Shown here: piece after piece, positions 49,720-62,464 of the stretch | How positions within the stretch are numbered: position 1 is the first letter of the stretch | How the letters are laid out: each line of letters opens with the position of its first letter | Assembly: GCA_002633005.1 (NCBI GenBank) | Contig: NMRA01000759.1 | Coordinates: forward strand, 61,976-125,975 | Reading direction: 5' to 3' | DNA length: 64,000 nt | Source: Phoronis australis | Lineage: Eukaryota; Animalia; Phoronida | Translations under genes and position numbers: made by a program | Notes under the pieces: generated by a model | The model's database searches: none | Seen by the model: only the letters and a program-made list of their open reading frames with translations | Told to the model about the DNA's origin: nothing

Positions 49720-52264
49720 TTTATTTTGTCGTATTGTATTGTATTGTATTGTATCGCACCTTTTTGTATTTTATCATATTGAACTGTATTATATTGTATT
49801 GTACCTTGGTTTGTATTGTGTTGAACTGCATTTGTCATATTATATTTTTCAACACAGTCCAAGTTGTATAACTAAAGTAACTGTTGGTCGCTATCAAGTT
49901 AACTTATGATTTAGACCGCTTTCCACTGTTAATCTGGTTTCAATTTTAGTTTTGCTCGATTTAGAAATGATGTTGGACTAGGGAAGAACTGACAGTCTCA
50001 GCAGTGTTTGAGACCATCTTCGGTGCATTAAAGGACACGCCATGAAAACATAACTCGACTGAGCCTGATATCAAGTAATAATGAATTGTCAGTTCTTCCC
50101 AAACACATGAATTGTCTCCAATTCGAGTATGGATCGGGTAAAAATCAGATTTATAACGGTAAGTTTCCTAAGTCAAAATTATGGACGCAGGGTTCAGAGC
50201 ACTTTTAAGTAAATTATCAAGAATGTGATCCACATGAGCTAATAAGAAATAATGTAAATGAGACATTTATATTCTGAACTGAGAATGTTTCCCAACCAAT
50301 TCAGGTGCCCGTTCCGTAGACGCAACAAACTCGCGAAAACGTAAGGTCACGCAAGTCTTCGCCATACATTTCAGGAAAAGCGCATGATCGTACTAAATTT
50401 ACTCGCGACATTGTTGCAACTCCGGAACTCAACCTGGCAAGATCTGTACCTTCCATGTCTACATATAAGATAATTGAAGCAACAGTCCCAACTAAAGCGA
50501 CACCACCCGCCGTAAAACGAACATCGCGGTCTCTTCCTGAAGAAAAAAAAACGAAAGAATTTAGACTACACCAAGTTTTGAAACACAAACAAGATGTATA
50601 AAGCATGTTTTGGTAAAGAAACATTTTCGGCTACTACGATAATGTTAACTACCATGTAATGCAATTTCACTTAACTACAGTGTTGTGCCCGTGAGGAGTC
50701 GCTCGTTATCTCTAAGTTCATTTTAACTGACACAGGTGCGTGAATTACTAACAGCCCTGCTTTATTGCAATGTTCAGGTCGTTGTGGTTTCCGTCATTTA
50801 TACTACGTCAAAACGTTTATGGATGCCGGTGAAAAAATCGAACTGGTGTGTCAAGTCAATACAAACACATGGTTGCAATTTGTTTGTGTTGACCCTTATG
50901 ACTCTATTTGCCATAAACAGGAGTCATTCTCGTTTTGACGTCTTTGCAATCGCTACAAAAAATTCGCTTTTAACGTTGTGTAACTTAAATGACCGTTTTC
51001 TTTTTACACGGCTACAAGTCGGACTTTGGCTTAGTTTTATTTTAGACCACTTTCAGGTTTAAAATTGGCCTCAAAATTTCCTTACCTATGTGAGAAATGA
51101 TTTCTGGGCTACTGTCGAACTGACATTTCGGCAATGTTTGGAACCATGCTCGGCCTATAAAATGACACTTTAGGTAAAAATTTTAACGGAGTTTGATCTC
51201 AAGCAGAAATAAACTGGCTGTTTTTTCTCACACAAACGAATCGCCTTTAATTATAGCACGGAAACTGTAACTAAAGCCGGAGTTATGGCGGAGTGTGCTA
51301 ACTCCATCAAAAGTTAGTTTTGGTGCAGAAGGCCGGTTTAGAGTCGCTTTTAAGTATAATATGTGAGAATGCAGCATATATAAGCTAGAAAGAAGTAATC
51401 AAAATGAGACATTTATATTCTGAAGCGAGAAAGTCTCTCAACCAATTCAGGTGTACGTTCCCTAGACGTAACAAACTCGCAAAAAGCATGATCATGCAAG
51501 TCTTCGCGAGATGTCGCCATACATTACAAGCAAGGAACGTGATGGCGCTAGCTACACTCGCGAGATTCTTGCGTCTACAGAACTCAACCGGCATTCATCT
51601 GCATCGTCCATATCTACATCTAATATTATAACTGTAGCAACAGCTCCGAATCAAAGATGCACCACGCGCCGTATTATATGGTGAACATCGTCATCTCCCT
51701 CTGCTTTCCAGAATGGCACCAACTAGTCTTTATTTGCGTCCGTGTACAAACAGTTACAAGAAAATATTCGTTGTAGTCGATGATTCATAACTTAGACATC
51801 AGTGGAGCTTCGTAATAGACCTTACACCGAGTTGTATTGTGTTGTATTGTATCGCATTGTATTGTATTATATCATTATGTACTGGGTTACATTGTAATGT
51901 GTTGCACTGTGTCTTGTATCGTGATGTAGGGCCTACTGCTGAATGCCCATCTCTGTTTGTATGACTTGTGTCATATTATGGTTTTAGACGCAGTCAACGT
52001 TTAGTTGAGTAACTTAAATGACCGTAATCGGTCAAGTCAGACTTTGGCTAACTTGTAATTCCACTTTCCGCAATAAAATTGGCCTAAATTTTCCTTACTC
52101 AAATGATTTCTGAGCCATTTTTTGCAGTGTTTGAAACCATGCTCTGCCCATTAAAGGATACGCCGTGCAAAACAAAACTGAACTGAGACTGATATCGAGC
52201 AATGAGATACTGTCAGTTCTTCTCAATCTCCCAGAAATCGCCCTCTAATTCGAGCAAGGAACCT
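49720..52264. repeat. Diverged ~1.0-1.15-kb tandem segmental repeat (~2.5 copies) with (TATTG)n tracts
   Basis: 50257-50530 aligns with 51402-51700; 50980-51170 with 52009-52160; 49960-50125 with 52100-52260. Confidence 0.75.
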
Positions 52265-55200
52265 CCCATACCAAAAGACCATGTTTGCCGCAAGCTTGCA
52301 GCAAACATGCCGCAAGCTTGCGGCAAACAATTTTGTTTGCAGCAAACCAGCCGCAAAGTTTGCAGGAGTTTGCCGCTACCCGCAACTCAGCCGCACACAT
52401 TGCCGCAACCTTGCTGCAAACTCTGAAGTTTGCAGGAATGTTGCGGCAAACTTGGTGATTAAAAAAGTGTTTGCGGGAAAGTTGCAGGAAACTTTATTGG
52501 TTAAAAAGTGTTTGCGGGAAAGTTGCAGGAAACTTTATTGGTGAAAAAGTGTTTGCGGGAAAGTTGCAGGAAACTTTATTGGTGAAAAAGTGTTTGCGGG
52601 AGTTGCAGGAAACTTTATTGGTGAAAAGTGTTCTCAAGAATAGGTGAAAAAGTGCTTACACAAAATTTGCCGTAAACTTAAAGTGTTAGCATTAATATTG
52701 TGACAATGTTAGAAATTGTGAAATTGTTTTTTATTTTCTAAATGTCAAAGAAACCCCAAATCCCAGAAGCTAAGCAGGGCCGAGTTACTTATTTTAGATT
52801 ACTTACCTAAATGTGACCTATTGTTGGGTAAGTTAAATTGTTAAAAAAAGCAAATGTTCAAAGATGACCAAATGCAACCTAGAACTCTAGAGAAGATAAC
52901 TTCATCTGTATGTTCTTTGTTTTTTATTCAGTCACTATACTTAACAAGTTTTCATTTTCCTTTCATACTGCTGTCACAGTCAGTACAACAAAATATTAAA
53001 TGCAATTGCTTTAAAACAACAAAGGCAGTGTTACCTGCATGTTGTGTAAACAAGCACAATAAATATCAATACAAACCATACACAAATATATGATCCAGTT
53101 TTACCAAATGTGCAAGTATTAGCATTTAGAGCAATTTGTACTTTTCCAACATTTGAAATTATCTCATAATCAGGTGGTAGCTGCCAGTCTGTAGCTACAG
53201 TAAAATTTTGTCGATTTCGGACAAAAATAATTGCCAAAAATTACTCATTTTGATTTTTCAAGGACATTTAGCATTGTTGTGAAGACTCATAATTTTTCAA
53301 AATATTGTCGTTCAGCAGCTATGGTACGGACTTGGATATGACTCGGGATTCTTGTGGTACTGCCACATTATTTATGAAAAAATAAGAAATTTAATTTCAC
53401 TAGTGTCCTTATATTATTGTTTTATGCTTCTAGGGTTATTGTTCACTTTAATCATACTAGCCCACCTACATGTTGAACTGCTAGGACAGTTTTCAAGGAA
53501 TGCCTCTTGAAATACATTAATGTTTAATACCTCTAGGGGTGTTGATTGTTTATTTAAATTATGCTAGCCCAGGTACATGTTGATCTGGTGGGACTGTTAT
53601 CAAGGAAAGCATGTGGTTGTCAAGGTTACATGCCTGGGAACTGGGAAGTGACCTATAAGCTTTCATTTGAACCAAATTCAAACGGTTTTGGTACAGCCTA
53701 GACTCTACATGGATAACTCAAGAACTGTATGGATGTGAGTTTTGAATTTAAAATTGTATTTATATTGATGTGATTGTTAAGTAAAATTACTTAGACTTCA
53801 TTCACGAATCAGTAGTTTTGGTCTTGCAAACAAAAGCAAGTTGATTTTCTTACTGATTCAGCCAAATTGGAGGTTATAATGGTTAGGGAAAAGTACATCA
53901 CAGATTTCAAATGAGTTAACTGTGGTTGAGACCAGAATCAACTAGTTTCCAAAACATTGTCAAGTTACATGTAACCAGTCCTTCAAAATAATCACTTAAT
54001 TGAGACTGTAAAACTTAAGTTTGTGTCAATTTTCACATGGATCTCTGACTGTTTGGTTCACAATAGGAGCAACAAATTTTTAGTTTGGTTAAATTCATGG
54101 TAACTATTGGGCACAAAAGAAGATTAGCATATTGTATATTTCACTACTGGTAGGTGTTTTTTAACTGCCATCACCTTCAGTCATACGCATTCTCAGTCTG
54201 CAGTCAAACTATTGAACACAAGTTTAACTGTCTGTTCATACATGAGCAGAAGAGCAAAAGTTCGACTTAAAACGTAATGGAGATTCTAATAATGCTGTCA
54301 CAAATGCCTTTTTGTGGAAAGTGAAATGGCATTCATATTTTAGGTTTGTGAATATTGAGTGACATAATGTACTTGATGAAAGCCAGAGACACTGCAGAGG
54401 TTACGAGGCAACAAGTGGCGTACACAGCATCTCAAGGTTGGGTCGAACAAACATGGATGAAAACACTAGCGATCATCCCATATGATCCCTATGGAACACC
54501 TCCGATTGCTGTAACGCAGATTAGTCTGGAGTAGAATGTGTTTAGAACGTCCACTAGTATGGTAATAACTGGATATAACCTCTGTAGTTGTTCTTTTCAA
54601 CACCATGGTAATATTGTAGAATAGAAAGGTATAATTTATGATTGATGCCTTAGATAAATGAATAATGTTATTGGATGATATCGCTATAGTCGAAATATTG
54701 CAAATTTCAACATAGGCCTACAAGTTCAATGATAGCCCATTCAGTAGACTGATGTATCATGAACCATATTGGGAAGCAAAAATAGTAATTCGACAGTTTT
54801 CAAGTATTTTAGATGAACATGGGAAAAATAAATATGTTTATAATTGTTAAGAGTGATTTTTTTCAGTTGGCAAGTAATGAGGTAATTTAAAATAAAATGC
54901 TTAAATATGCTCAACATGCTGTTCTAAGCGTGCCTTTCCACGGGGGAAAGTCAGATTTCATGGTTTTCTCCACTGGCATTCGACATATTTTGCGCCATTT
55001 TCAATGCCAATAAACACCCCGTTGGGTGCATTTCAACGCTCTGTGTTGCTGTTGTTAGTTTAGTCAAGTTAATAATATCGTTGTTGCAATCATTATAGAT
55101 TTTGTCGTGCGTTAAGAATAAAACATCTCGGTATATTGTAATTAAAGCTTGGCATACATTCAAGTTGTTCTCTCAAGACACAATTTTGATTGTAATACAA

Positions 55201-56042
55201 GTATTATTACTAATTGCCACTGTAGACATTTTTACAGTTTCTGTTATTCATTGTCATGTGATTTTGTTTTAATTTCTAGTCATTATACATCAGATTGAAA
55301 ATTATCATGTTAAATCCAGTGTGTAGCTGATTGTGTATTTTCTTGCTTTAACAAGCGGGCATGCAATAAAAATTATGTATTTGTCAGTTGGCATTTCTAC
55401 ATTAAATTATTCATGCCACAATTCAAGTATGTTGTAGTCTTGCATCCAATATTTTTTTCTGGTGGTTCGAAGAAACTTCTATATCACCCCATGAAGATGT
55501 TTGCGGCAAGCTTGCAGCAATGTGTGCGGCTGGGTTGCAGGAACTGTTACATATCCATAGAGATGTTTGCGGCAAGCTTGCAGCAATGTGTGCGGCTGGG
55601 TTGCAGGAACTGTTCCATATAAGGACATAGAGATGTTTGCTGCAAGCTTGCGGCAAACTTCATTTGCATGGTAAAAGTTTGCTGCATGGTTGCGGCAAGC
55701 ATGCCGCAAGCTTGCGGCAATGTTTGCGACTGGGTTGCAGGAAATTTGCATCCACTCTTTGGTCAAGAGTTGATTCTTCGTGTTTGCGGCTGGTTTGCAG
55801 AAACTTTTGCAGCAAGCTTGCCGCAACTTTGCGGCAAGCTTGCGGCAAGTGTTTGCAGGAAGGCTTTTTTGGTATGGACAATCTTTGCGGCTGGGTTGCA
55901 GGAAATTTGCATCCACTCTTTGTTCAGAGTTGATTCTTCGTGTTTGCGGCTGGTTTGCAGAAACTTTTGCAGCAAGCTTGCCGCAACTTTGCGGCAAGCT
56001 TGCGGCAAGTGTTTGCAGGAAGGCTTTTTTTTTTGGTATGGG
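52265..56042. mobile_element. Non-autonomous CACTA/CMC-EnSpm-like DNA transposon (~3.8 kb)
   Basis: Perfect 12-bp TIRs CCCATACCAAAA / TTTTGGTATGGG. Dense subterminal palindromic GCCGCAAGCTTGCGGC and TTTGCAG repeats at both ends, ~40-bp tandem repeats at 52461-52630, right end duplicated. No transposase ORF and no clear TSD. Confidence 0.7.
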
Positions 56043-56818
56043 CACGGCTATCCGTATACAGCACCAATACATTGGGCCTAATTGAGGCGATGATTCCAAA
56101 GGTATTTCCAGTTCGTTGCCTGTGAGGTCAATCTCGTAAAGTTGGCTTTCCACCGAGCGGGTTATTTTACACGTCGATACTCTTGCGTTAACGAACTGCC
56201 ATTTCTTTCCGACCCAAAATTCGCATATTGTTTTCATAGCTTTTACTTTGTAACAACACCAATGTGATGTGGCCGTAACTGGAATCAAACGTTCGGTTGT
56301 TGGACAGAACCCGCCACGTTTATGTAATCCTGAAGAACTCCGCCATTTAATCGTTTTAGACAACATCCGTTATTAAGATATTTGCCTCGTACATTCCGTT
56401 TAGCCGGGTTCGTGTTCAGAAGCGCTGTCATAACTTGTGTGAAGCATTTTGTCTAAGATCTACATTCGGCTTATAATGACTTTCCCGGGTCATCGGAACT
56501 ATTTCTGCTTTTCATGCTTGGCTGCTGAAAAACGTTATCAACTGTGTCAAGAAATGGGAATTAAGCACGGATTATACAGAATGATTTGTGAGTTTCTGTC
56601 GGTGTATCAACAGAATTGCCTGTTGTCACGTGGTGGATATCTTGCCGGTTGGCGGTTGAAACAACACAATTTGATTTGGATGTAATAATGAGTATATTGA
56701 CTAAATGTTTGAATTTCCGTAAATGAATAATCATAAAGATTAATAAAGAAGCCTAATTTAATCAGTCTGTGATCGCGTTTCCCGTTCCTGGCGTCGGCCT
56801 TGGATCCAGTGTTACACT

Positions 56819-57734
56819 TGTTATGAGGAGTTTCCTCTTCTCTTGATCATTCGATCCAGTCTTCCAAGCAGTCTTCACTTGATGAAAAGCTTCGGAATAA
56901 CTATGAAGTTCAGTCCATCGAACAACATATATGTTAAGATTGAATTCAGTCCATCGAATTCTAGATACAATGTACCCTCTTTGAAATTCAGTCCATCGAA
57001 TTTCTGCTACACGTATCGGATTGAAATTCAGTCCATCGAATTTCTATAACTTGTGATATTTCTCAGCAAACCAGTAGTATCTCTTCGGGAATATCTGCGA
57101 TATCTCTCTAGCAAGCTGGTTGCCTCTCTCCAAGAAATATCTAATACCTCTATACCAATCTGGTTGCCTCTCGTTGGAAATATGCCTTCTTGAAAAGCTA
57201 ACGGTATACTTATACTCAAACAGAATAAAAGTGGGCGGGTTAGATCAAAACATAAAACCCACAAACTTCCTCCAAATGTACTCATAGTTCCAAAACAACT
57301 TCCCAGAACAACATCATAAGATTACACACATGAACCTAAGCTTTCGCCAAATATGGTCACGGACAGACAAATCTTTAAGTAATTTCTGCTGAATAATAAC
57401 AAGACTATTGTTGTTGTCAGAACTGGCTAACCCCACAGTTGACCAATTCCGGTGAATTTAAAGTTACATAATTCTGCTAGCAGAGCATAAACACATGGTT
57501 AGAGACAAATATGCTGATTCATTTCCTATGCACTCATAGGAGTCATTAAATTTCAGTAAACAACTAATATCTTTAATCAATTTCGCAACAACCACTATAT
57601 ACTTAATTAATACTAATACTTCTCATGTAATATTATTCTCATGTACATAGTTAACCCAAGTTCTCATGTGTTTGTATCATACTTTAATGATAAATAAATG
57701 ACATGTTCATCCTACATTCAATCTCCCCGTAACA
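56819..57734 (+). mobile_element. Possible solo LTR
   Basis: TG...CA ends with imperfect inverted termini (TGTTATGAGGAG / CTCCCCGTAACA), AATAAA ~40 bp before the end and an internal repeat array. No convincing TSD. Confidence 0.35.
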
Positions 57735-60700
57735 CCTGTCATACTTTGAATTGCATGTACATTGAACGTCACTGTTCATGAACTGGCAGTAAAACGTGTT
57801 GACTTACGAATTGTTGGCCACAGTGATAGCGGCATATCTCGATTGATGAATCACGTTTTGTGTTGTGTAACGGTAAAGGGAATATTGCTTTCCGAGAGGA
57901 TTAAACGGACCTACATGAAAGATAGTCGACCATATTAAACTTATATATTTCACACCGTTTTTTAATAGTTCATTATAATTGGTTTGTCTATGTGTATCAC
58001 TAAACACAATGCTGCTTCATGGCAATCGAGCTCAACCAATCAAAATCATCATTGCGTAGACACGATGTCATCGGGTTCGTACAGCAGTATTTCAAAATTG
58101 GTAGAATGCCAATTCGATATCCGCAATTCGATACAGATTGCAAATTCAGGTAAATTTGGGATGTGATTGTTTTTAGTCGTCAATATATATAGTTCAATGG
58201 GTTGTGCCACTCAAGCATCAGAATAGCCCACCCCATGGCACCTCCTGTGTGACGGTAAGAGGGTTGTTCTTAGTTTACTGACTACTCGCAAACTTTAGAG
58301 GGGTCCTTTGAAGTCAGTGTGAAGTTTCCTTCCAGTTCCCTTTAACGGAATAAATTGTTTACTATAGCGCAAAGGAAATTTTTTTGCGAAACCCTCATGT
58401 GACAGTAGATTTTGTGTTTCCCATTCCAGGTCGAAAAATTGTAATGAAATGCAATATTAGTATTCCAAACTGAATCCTGAATCTTTCTGGAACAGGCAAC
58501 CTAACAATACTGTTTGTGACGGTCGTAATCCGACTATTGTTTTTTCTTAAAATTGTGTAATCGCAAAAACCCCACGGTATATATCAGGAAAGTCCGACTG
58601 AACCGATTCCTGTACGGAATGTAACTGTATCTCAATTTCTTGGAGATTTTGACCGAAAAACATATATGCCACATTTAATTTTCTGTATACATACATGTAC
58701 ATACATGTATGAATGGCCGGTTGATGTCTTATTATCGACACCCCTGCTTATAAAAGCTTTACGGTATACATTTGATTTTATCTGGCGTTATTTATTTTTC
58801 TCGTTTATTCTCTGACAATTGCCCCATTTAGTGAACTAAAACAGATTTGCAGTTTTCTAGCATACCGTACGCATATGGCAAAGCCGCGATGCGTCCCTGG
58901 TACAATGTCTCATAAGATGATGTCCACGCCCCTTCGGTCCAGTAATACCAGACATCCGCGCTACTGGAGTGTACATGTACGTTGTGACATGGTGAACTTT
59001 TCTGCATCTTCAGTCACTTCAACTACTTATGGTCATGGACGCAAAGTAGAGTTTTTGACAAAACAACAAAAATTATACAGAAGCACGTTCACAGTAATTT
59101 CTTTATGCATCGATGACCGCTTGAAAAAAACATAAATATAGATAATAACGCTTCTGTCCGGGGATTTTTAAGTTGCCGACATTGGAAATTGAATTTTTGT
59201 CATATTATTCTTAGCAGACAGGTGCAAAACGATATTCGTCTTCGTTGCAATTATTGTGGCAAGAGGCAAAAACGATCAGCGAAAGCAATATAAAAGATTT
59301 ATGTCTGCCGGTCTCGATAGTAAGTCATCCTCTCCAATCCCAGTATGAGAGAGTCACTGTCTCCAGTTTCCGTCTCGTGTCAGTAGACTAGTAGCTGTAT
59401 GATCATGAAGTCATATATTACATTTTTGGCTGTTTATTGGGAAGGCGCTGCCCTCAATTTCATGTCTGCGTGAGAAGCTGAGAGCGTCGTAGGCTCTTTA
59501 GTGAATTTTCCGAAAAACTGTCCGGCATGGGCGGTGCGCGTTTTATTTAAGAAATTATTATTTCACATTTTGAAATTCTTCAGTTTTGAGAAAGCGCTGA
59601 TGAAACGAAATTTCAAAGATCCATTGTCACATGTATATTTTCCTACCGATACCTAAGATAAAATTACACCCCCACCTCTGGCCAATCGGCAACAGTTTTG
59701 TTCAACCGATACTTGAGCGAGTTGGCGAGGTCTAAAATGTGGCGCATTTTGTTTTAAATATAAGTAACAATCTACTTCTTCCCGAAGTAGTCCGCGGCTT
59801 TAAACTCTTGAAAAGAAAACCTGGCAGTATCAAGTATCAACATTGAATTCTTGCCTTAGAGTTCTATGGTTTCACACAATATATCACACAAGTGATGTGC
59901 TGATAATTGCTAATGTCAGGAATGAAGTTGGGGTGATTCATTGAAATAATAAGTTACTTTAAACCTGCAGTTGAGCTCATACTGCCTGTTTGAGAGCTCA
60001 AAACAGTTTAGGGTAGAGTTCATCAATGCTTGGACCGCGCTAAAAAGCAAGACTTCAGGAGATTATGTGAGTTATTGACGTACATTTTAAATAAGAGTAC
60101 GTGATTTTGATTAGATTTTAAAGAGGTCCTCGTCTGCGTAGGTCCTAGCGTTAGTAAACTCTATTCACTTCCTATTCATTGACGCTAGGACCTCGCTTAA
60201 AAACTAGACATCGACTGCCTGATTACATGAGATGTTGCAGACGGTATATTTTACATGAGAACATGTGAATTTGGTTAGATTTCATCTAGGTCCTAGTGTA
60301 ATACATGTAGGTCCTAGCCTTACTGGACGCACCCTTTTTCCTCCGGCCCCGGGTCACACCATGCCGCAAGTGTGACAAGTCATTGAGAGACTGGGTCGCG
60401 TTTGCGTGTGAAATAACACGTGGATATTTCTACAGTGTATCTGTCCAGAGTCGTCTAGTTTGATACTTCGTGTATCCTTCCGATTTTTGCAGTAGCGTGA
60501 GTTACAATGTAGGTCAGTGATATTACAAGCCCAGACGTCCAATTTACTGTGAACATGGCGAGAAGTGGGCGTGTCTGTTTAAGTTCACTCCCAGGAATCA
60601 CTATCCGTTTCTATGCCACACTCGGCAATCGGTTGGATAGTCTACGGTTGAATCAGACTGCGGTTAGACAATGCCAAAATTTGGCTGATGAAGCAGATAT

Positions 60701-61045
60701 ATTTTGGTAAGTAGTTCGTTCGATCAGCGTCTTAAAACAGGGCATGAAACTTCTTGACGACTGCGACTCTTTCACCAACTTTATTCACTGATCGAGTAGG
60801 GGGTGTCATCAAACGGGTCTAGGTTTTAGTGTTGATTACATTAAATTTAAAGGTGATTAAATCTTATTTTGTCAAATTATCTACAAACTAAAAGCTGTTC
60901 AGTTATCTTAATGTTGATTTTTGTCGATCCATATATTATAGACAACAGATTTGCTACAGCCGACCATGATTAGCAGACTGCGTACTTGCGGAAATAAGTT
61001 GGCCAGGTGTCGCCAGTGAATGATGCCGTAACGGCTTGTGCGTAA

Positions 61046-61156
61046 CACAGGCGCTTGGGTTTATCTGTTCCTCGATCGCAAATGACGTCACTCAATAACA
61101 TATATATTGAGTGACGTCATTTGCGATCGAGGAACAGATAAACCCAAGCGCCTGTG
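61046..61156. repeat. Perfect palindrome (52-bp arms, 7-nt loop) containing two CRE sites; probably a MITE
   Basis: Arms 61046-61097 and 61105-61156 are exact reverse complements. TGACGTCA at 61083-61090 and 61112-61119. Confidence 0.9.
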
Positions 61157-62015
61157 GTGAGTAAGTGCATAGATTTTGTCCATTGAAAGTAATCGGCTTT
61201 GGCGGTCCATACACTATGGTCTATCGGTTGAACAAGATATGGAACTAAAATTGTTTTTGGGTTTCAAAACACCATGTCGTATTCTCAGAAATTTAGGAAA
61301 TCGTACCAGTTTTCACATGCAAAATAGGGATTTTAAAATGAAGTTTACAGATTATGTGCAGAATACTCGCTGTGTTCAATTGACTTGTATTTTGCACGGA
61401 GGGGCAATCACACTACTTTTGCATTGCGACTACAATATTAGACAGTGGCCGCAATCTCTAGTTGGCCTGACTAGAGACGAAAAAACTCATATAGGCACTT
61501 GATACGGCGGAAGCTTTTCGAATAACTATGCGTTTGTAGTACACTGATAAAAACATCAGTCACCTTGCGCACCAATTAAAAGGGACGCCTTAGGAGGGCG
61601 TCGAACAAATACTCGCTTTAGTCAAACTCGCTCTACGAGCGGCCTAATTTGGTAAACCAGTGCAAAATAATGCCTCAGCAAAGCAGTAAAAAATGTTTGG
61701 TGTTGGTCTGTGTATGAATCAATTGTTGAGCTTTTGCTGAGGCCGGCAGCGTTGGGGGAACGAATGCGATGATAACTGCTTTTGAATGCTGTTGTGCAAA
61801 TATCGATGATTCGACAGCTTTATTTTGACATGAACCAACGTTGATTAGAATTTACAGCAGAATCCTAAGTTGGATATCACCAAACCAACTCCTAAAAATT
61901 TTCATACAAGAAATTTGTGTGTCGTGTCATTTGGAAAAGTTATGTGCTTCCCAGTGTATTGAACAAGTCTATGGGCAGACATTTATGCAAAAACGGAGAA
62001 CTCCTTTGACCATTT

Positions 62016-62205
62016 CTGAAGAATTGAATTACACTAAAGATGCTCTTGCAAAGTGCGGTTATCCACGTTGGTCGTTCAACAAAGCGGAAAGATCAGAGAT
62101 GAGAAAAGTAAACACTCAGACAACCACTACTGTGAGCTCTCCTACTCGGGTCGTGATTCCCTACGTCCAGAGTCTGTCTGACCGCCTCAAGAGGACATTT
62201 AAACA
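62016..62205 (+). mobile_element. Penelope-like retroelement fragment (RT thumb/linker region)
   Basis: EELNYTKDALAKCGYPRWSF...VVIPYVQSLSDRLKRTFK matches the PLE pattern EL..I...L..NGYP...IPYV.GLSE.L.R.F. Confidence 0.75.
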
Positions 62206-62464
62206 GGATTGGCGAAAAACAATCGACGAAACTGGATTGAATTCACAACATTACAGGATAGATGGAACATAAACGATGGAACATCATGGAATTCACAAAA
62301 CAGGATGGAATGAACAAAACAACTTTGGGTTCACGATATGGAACACACTAGTGTGGATTGAATTGATGTAGATGCATTGAATGCTAAGACAGGATTGAAT
62401 AGTCGTACCACTGGCATTAAATGGAATTAAATATGAGTGCGGACTCATCAGCGCATACGTAAAA

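Noticed and set aside
55413-56366. Many overlapping Cys/Ala/Lys-rich ORFs, including one of 295 aa
   Set aside because: They arise from stop-poor palindromic subterminal repeats of the CACTA-like element; no protein-family motifs.
56043-56690. Possible decayed coding sequence (ankyrin/SOCS-box-like feel)
   Set aside because: Multiple stops in all + frames and no motif I can name confidently; needs tBLASTx.
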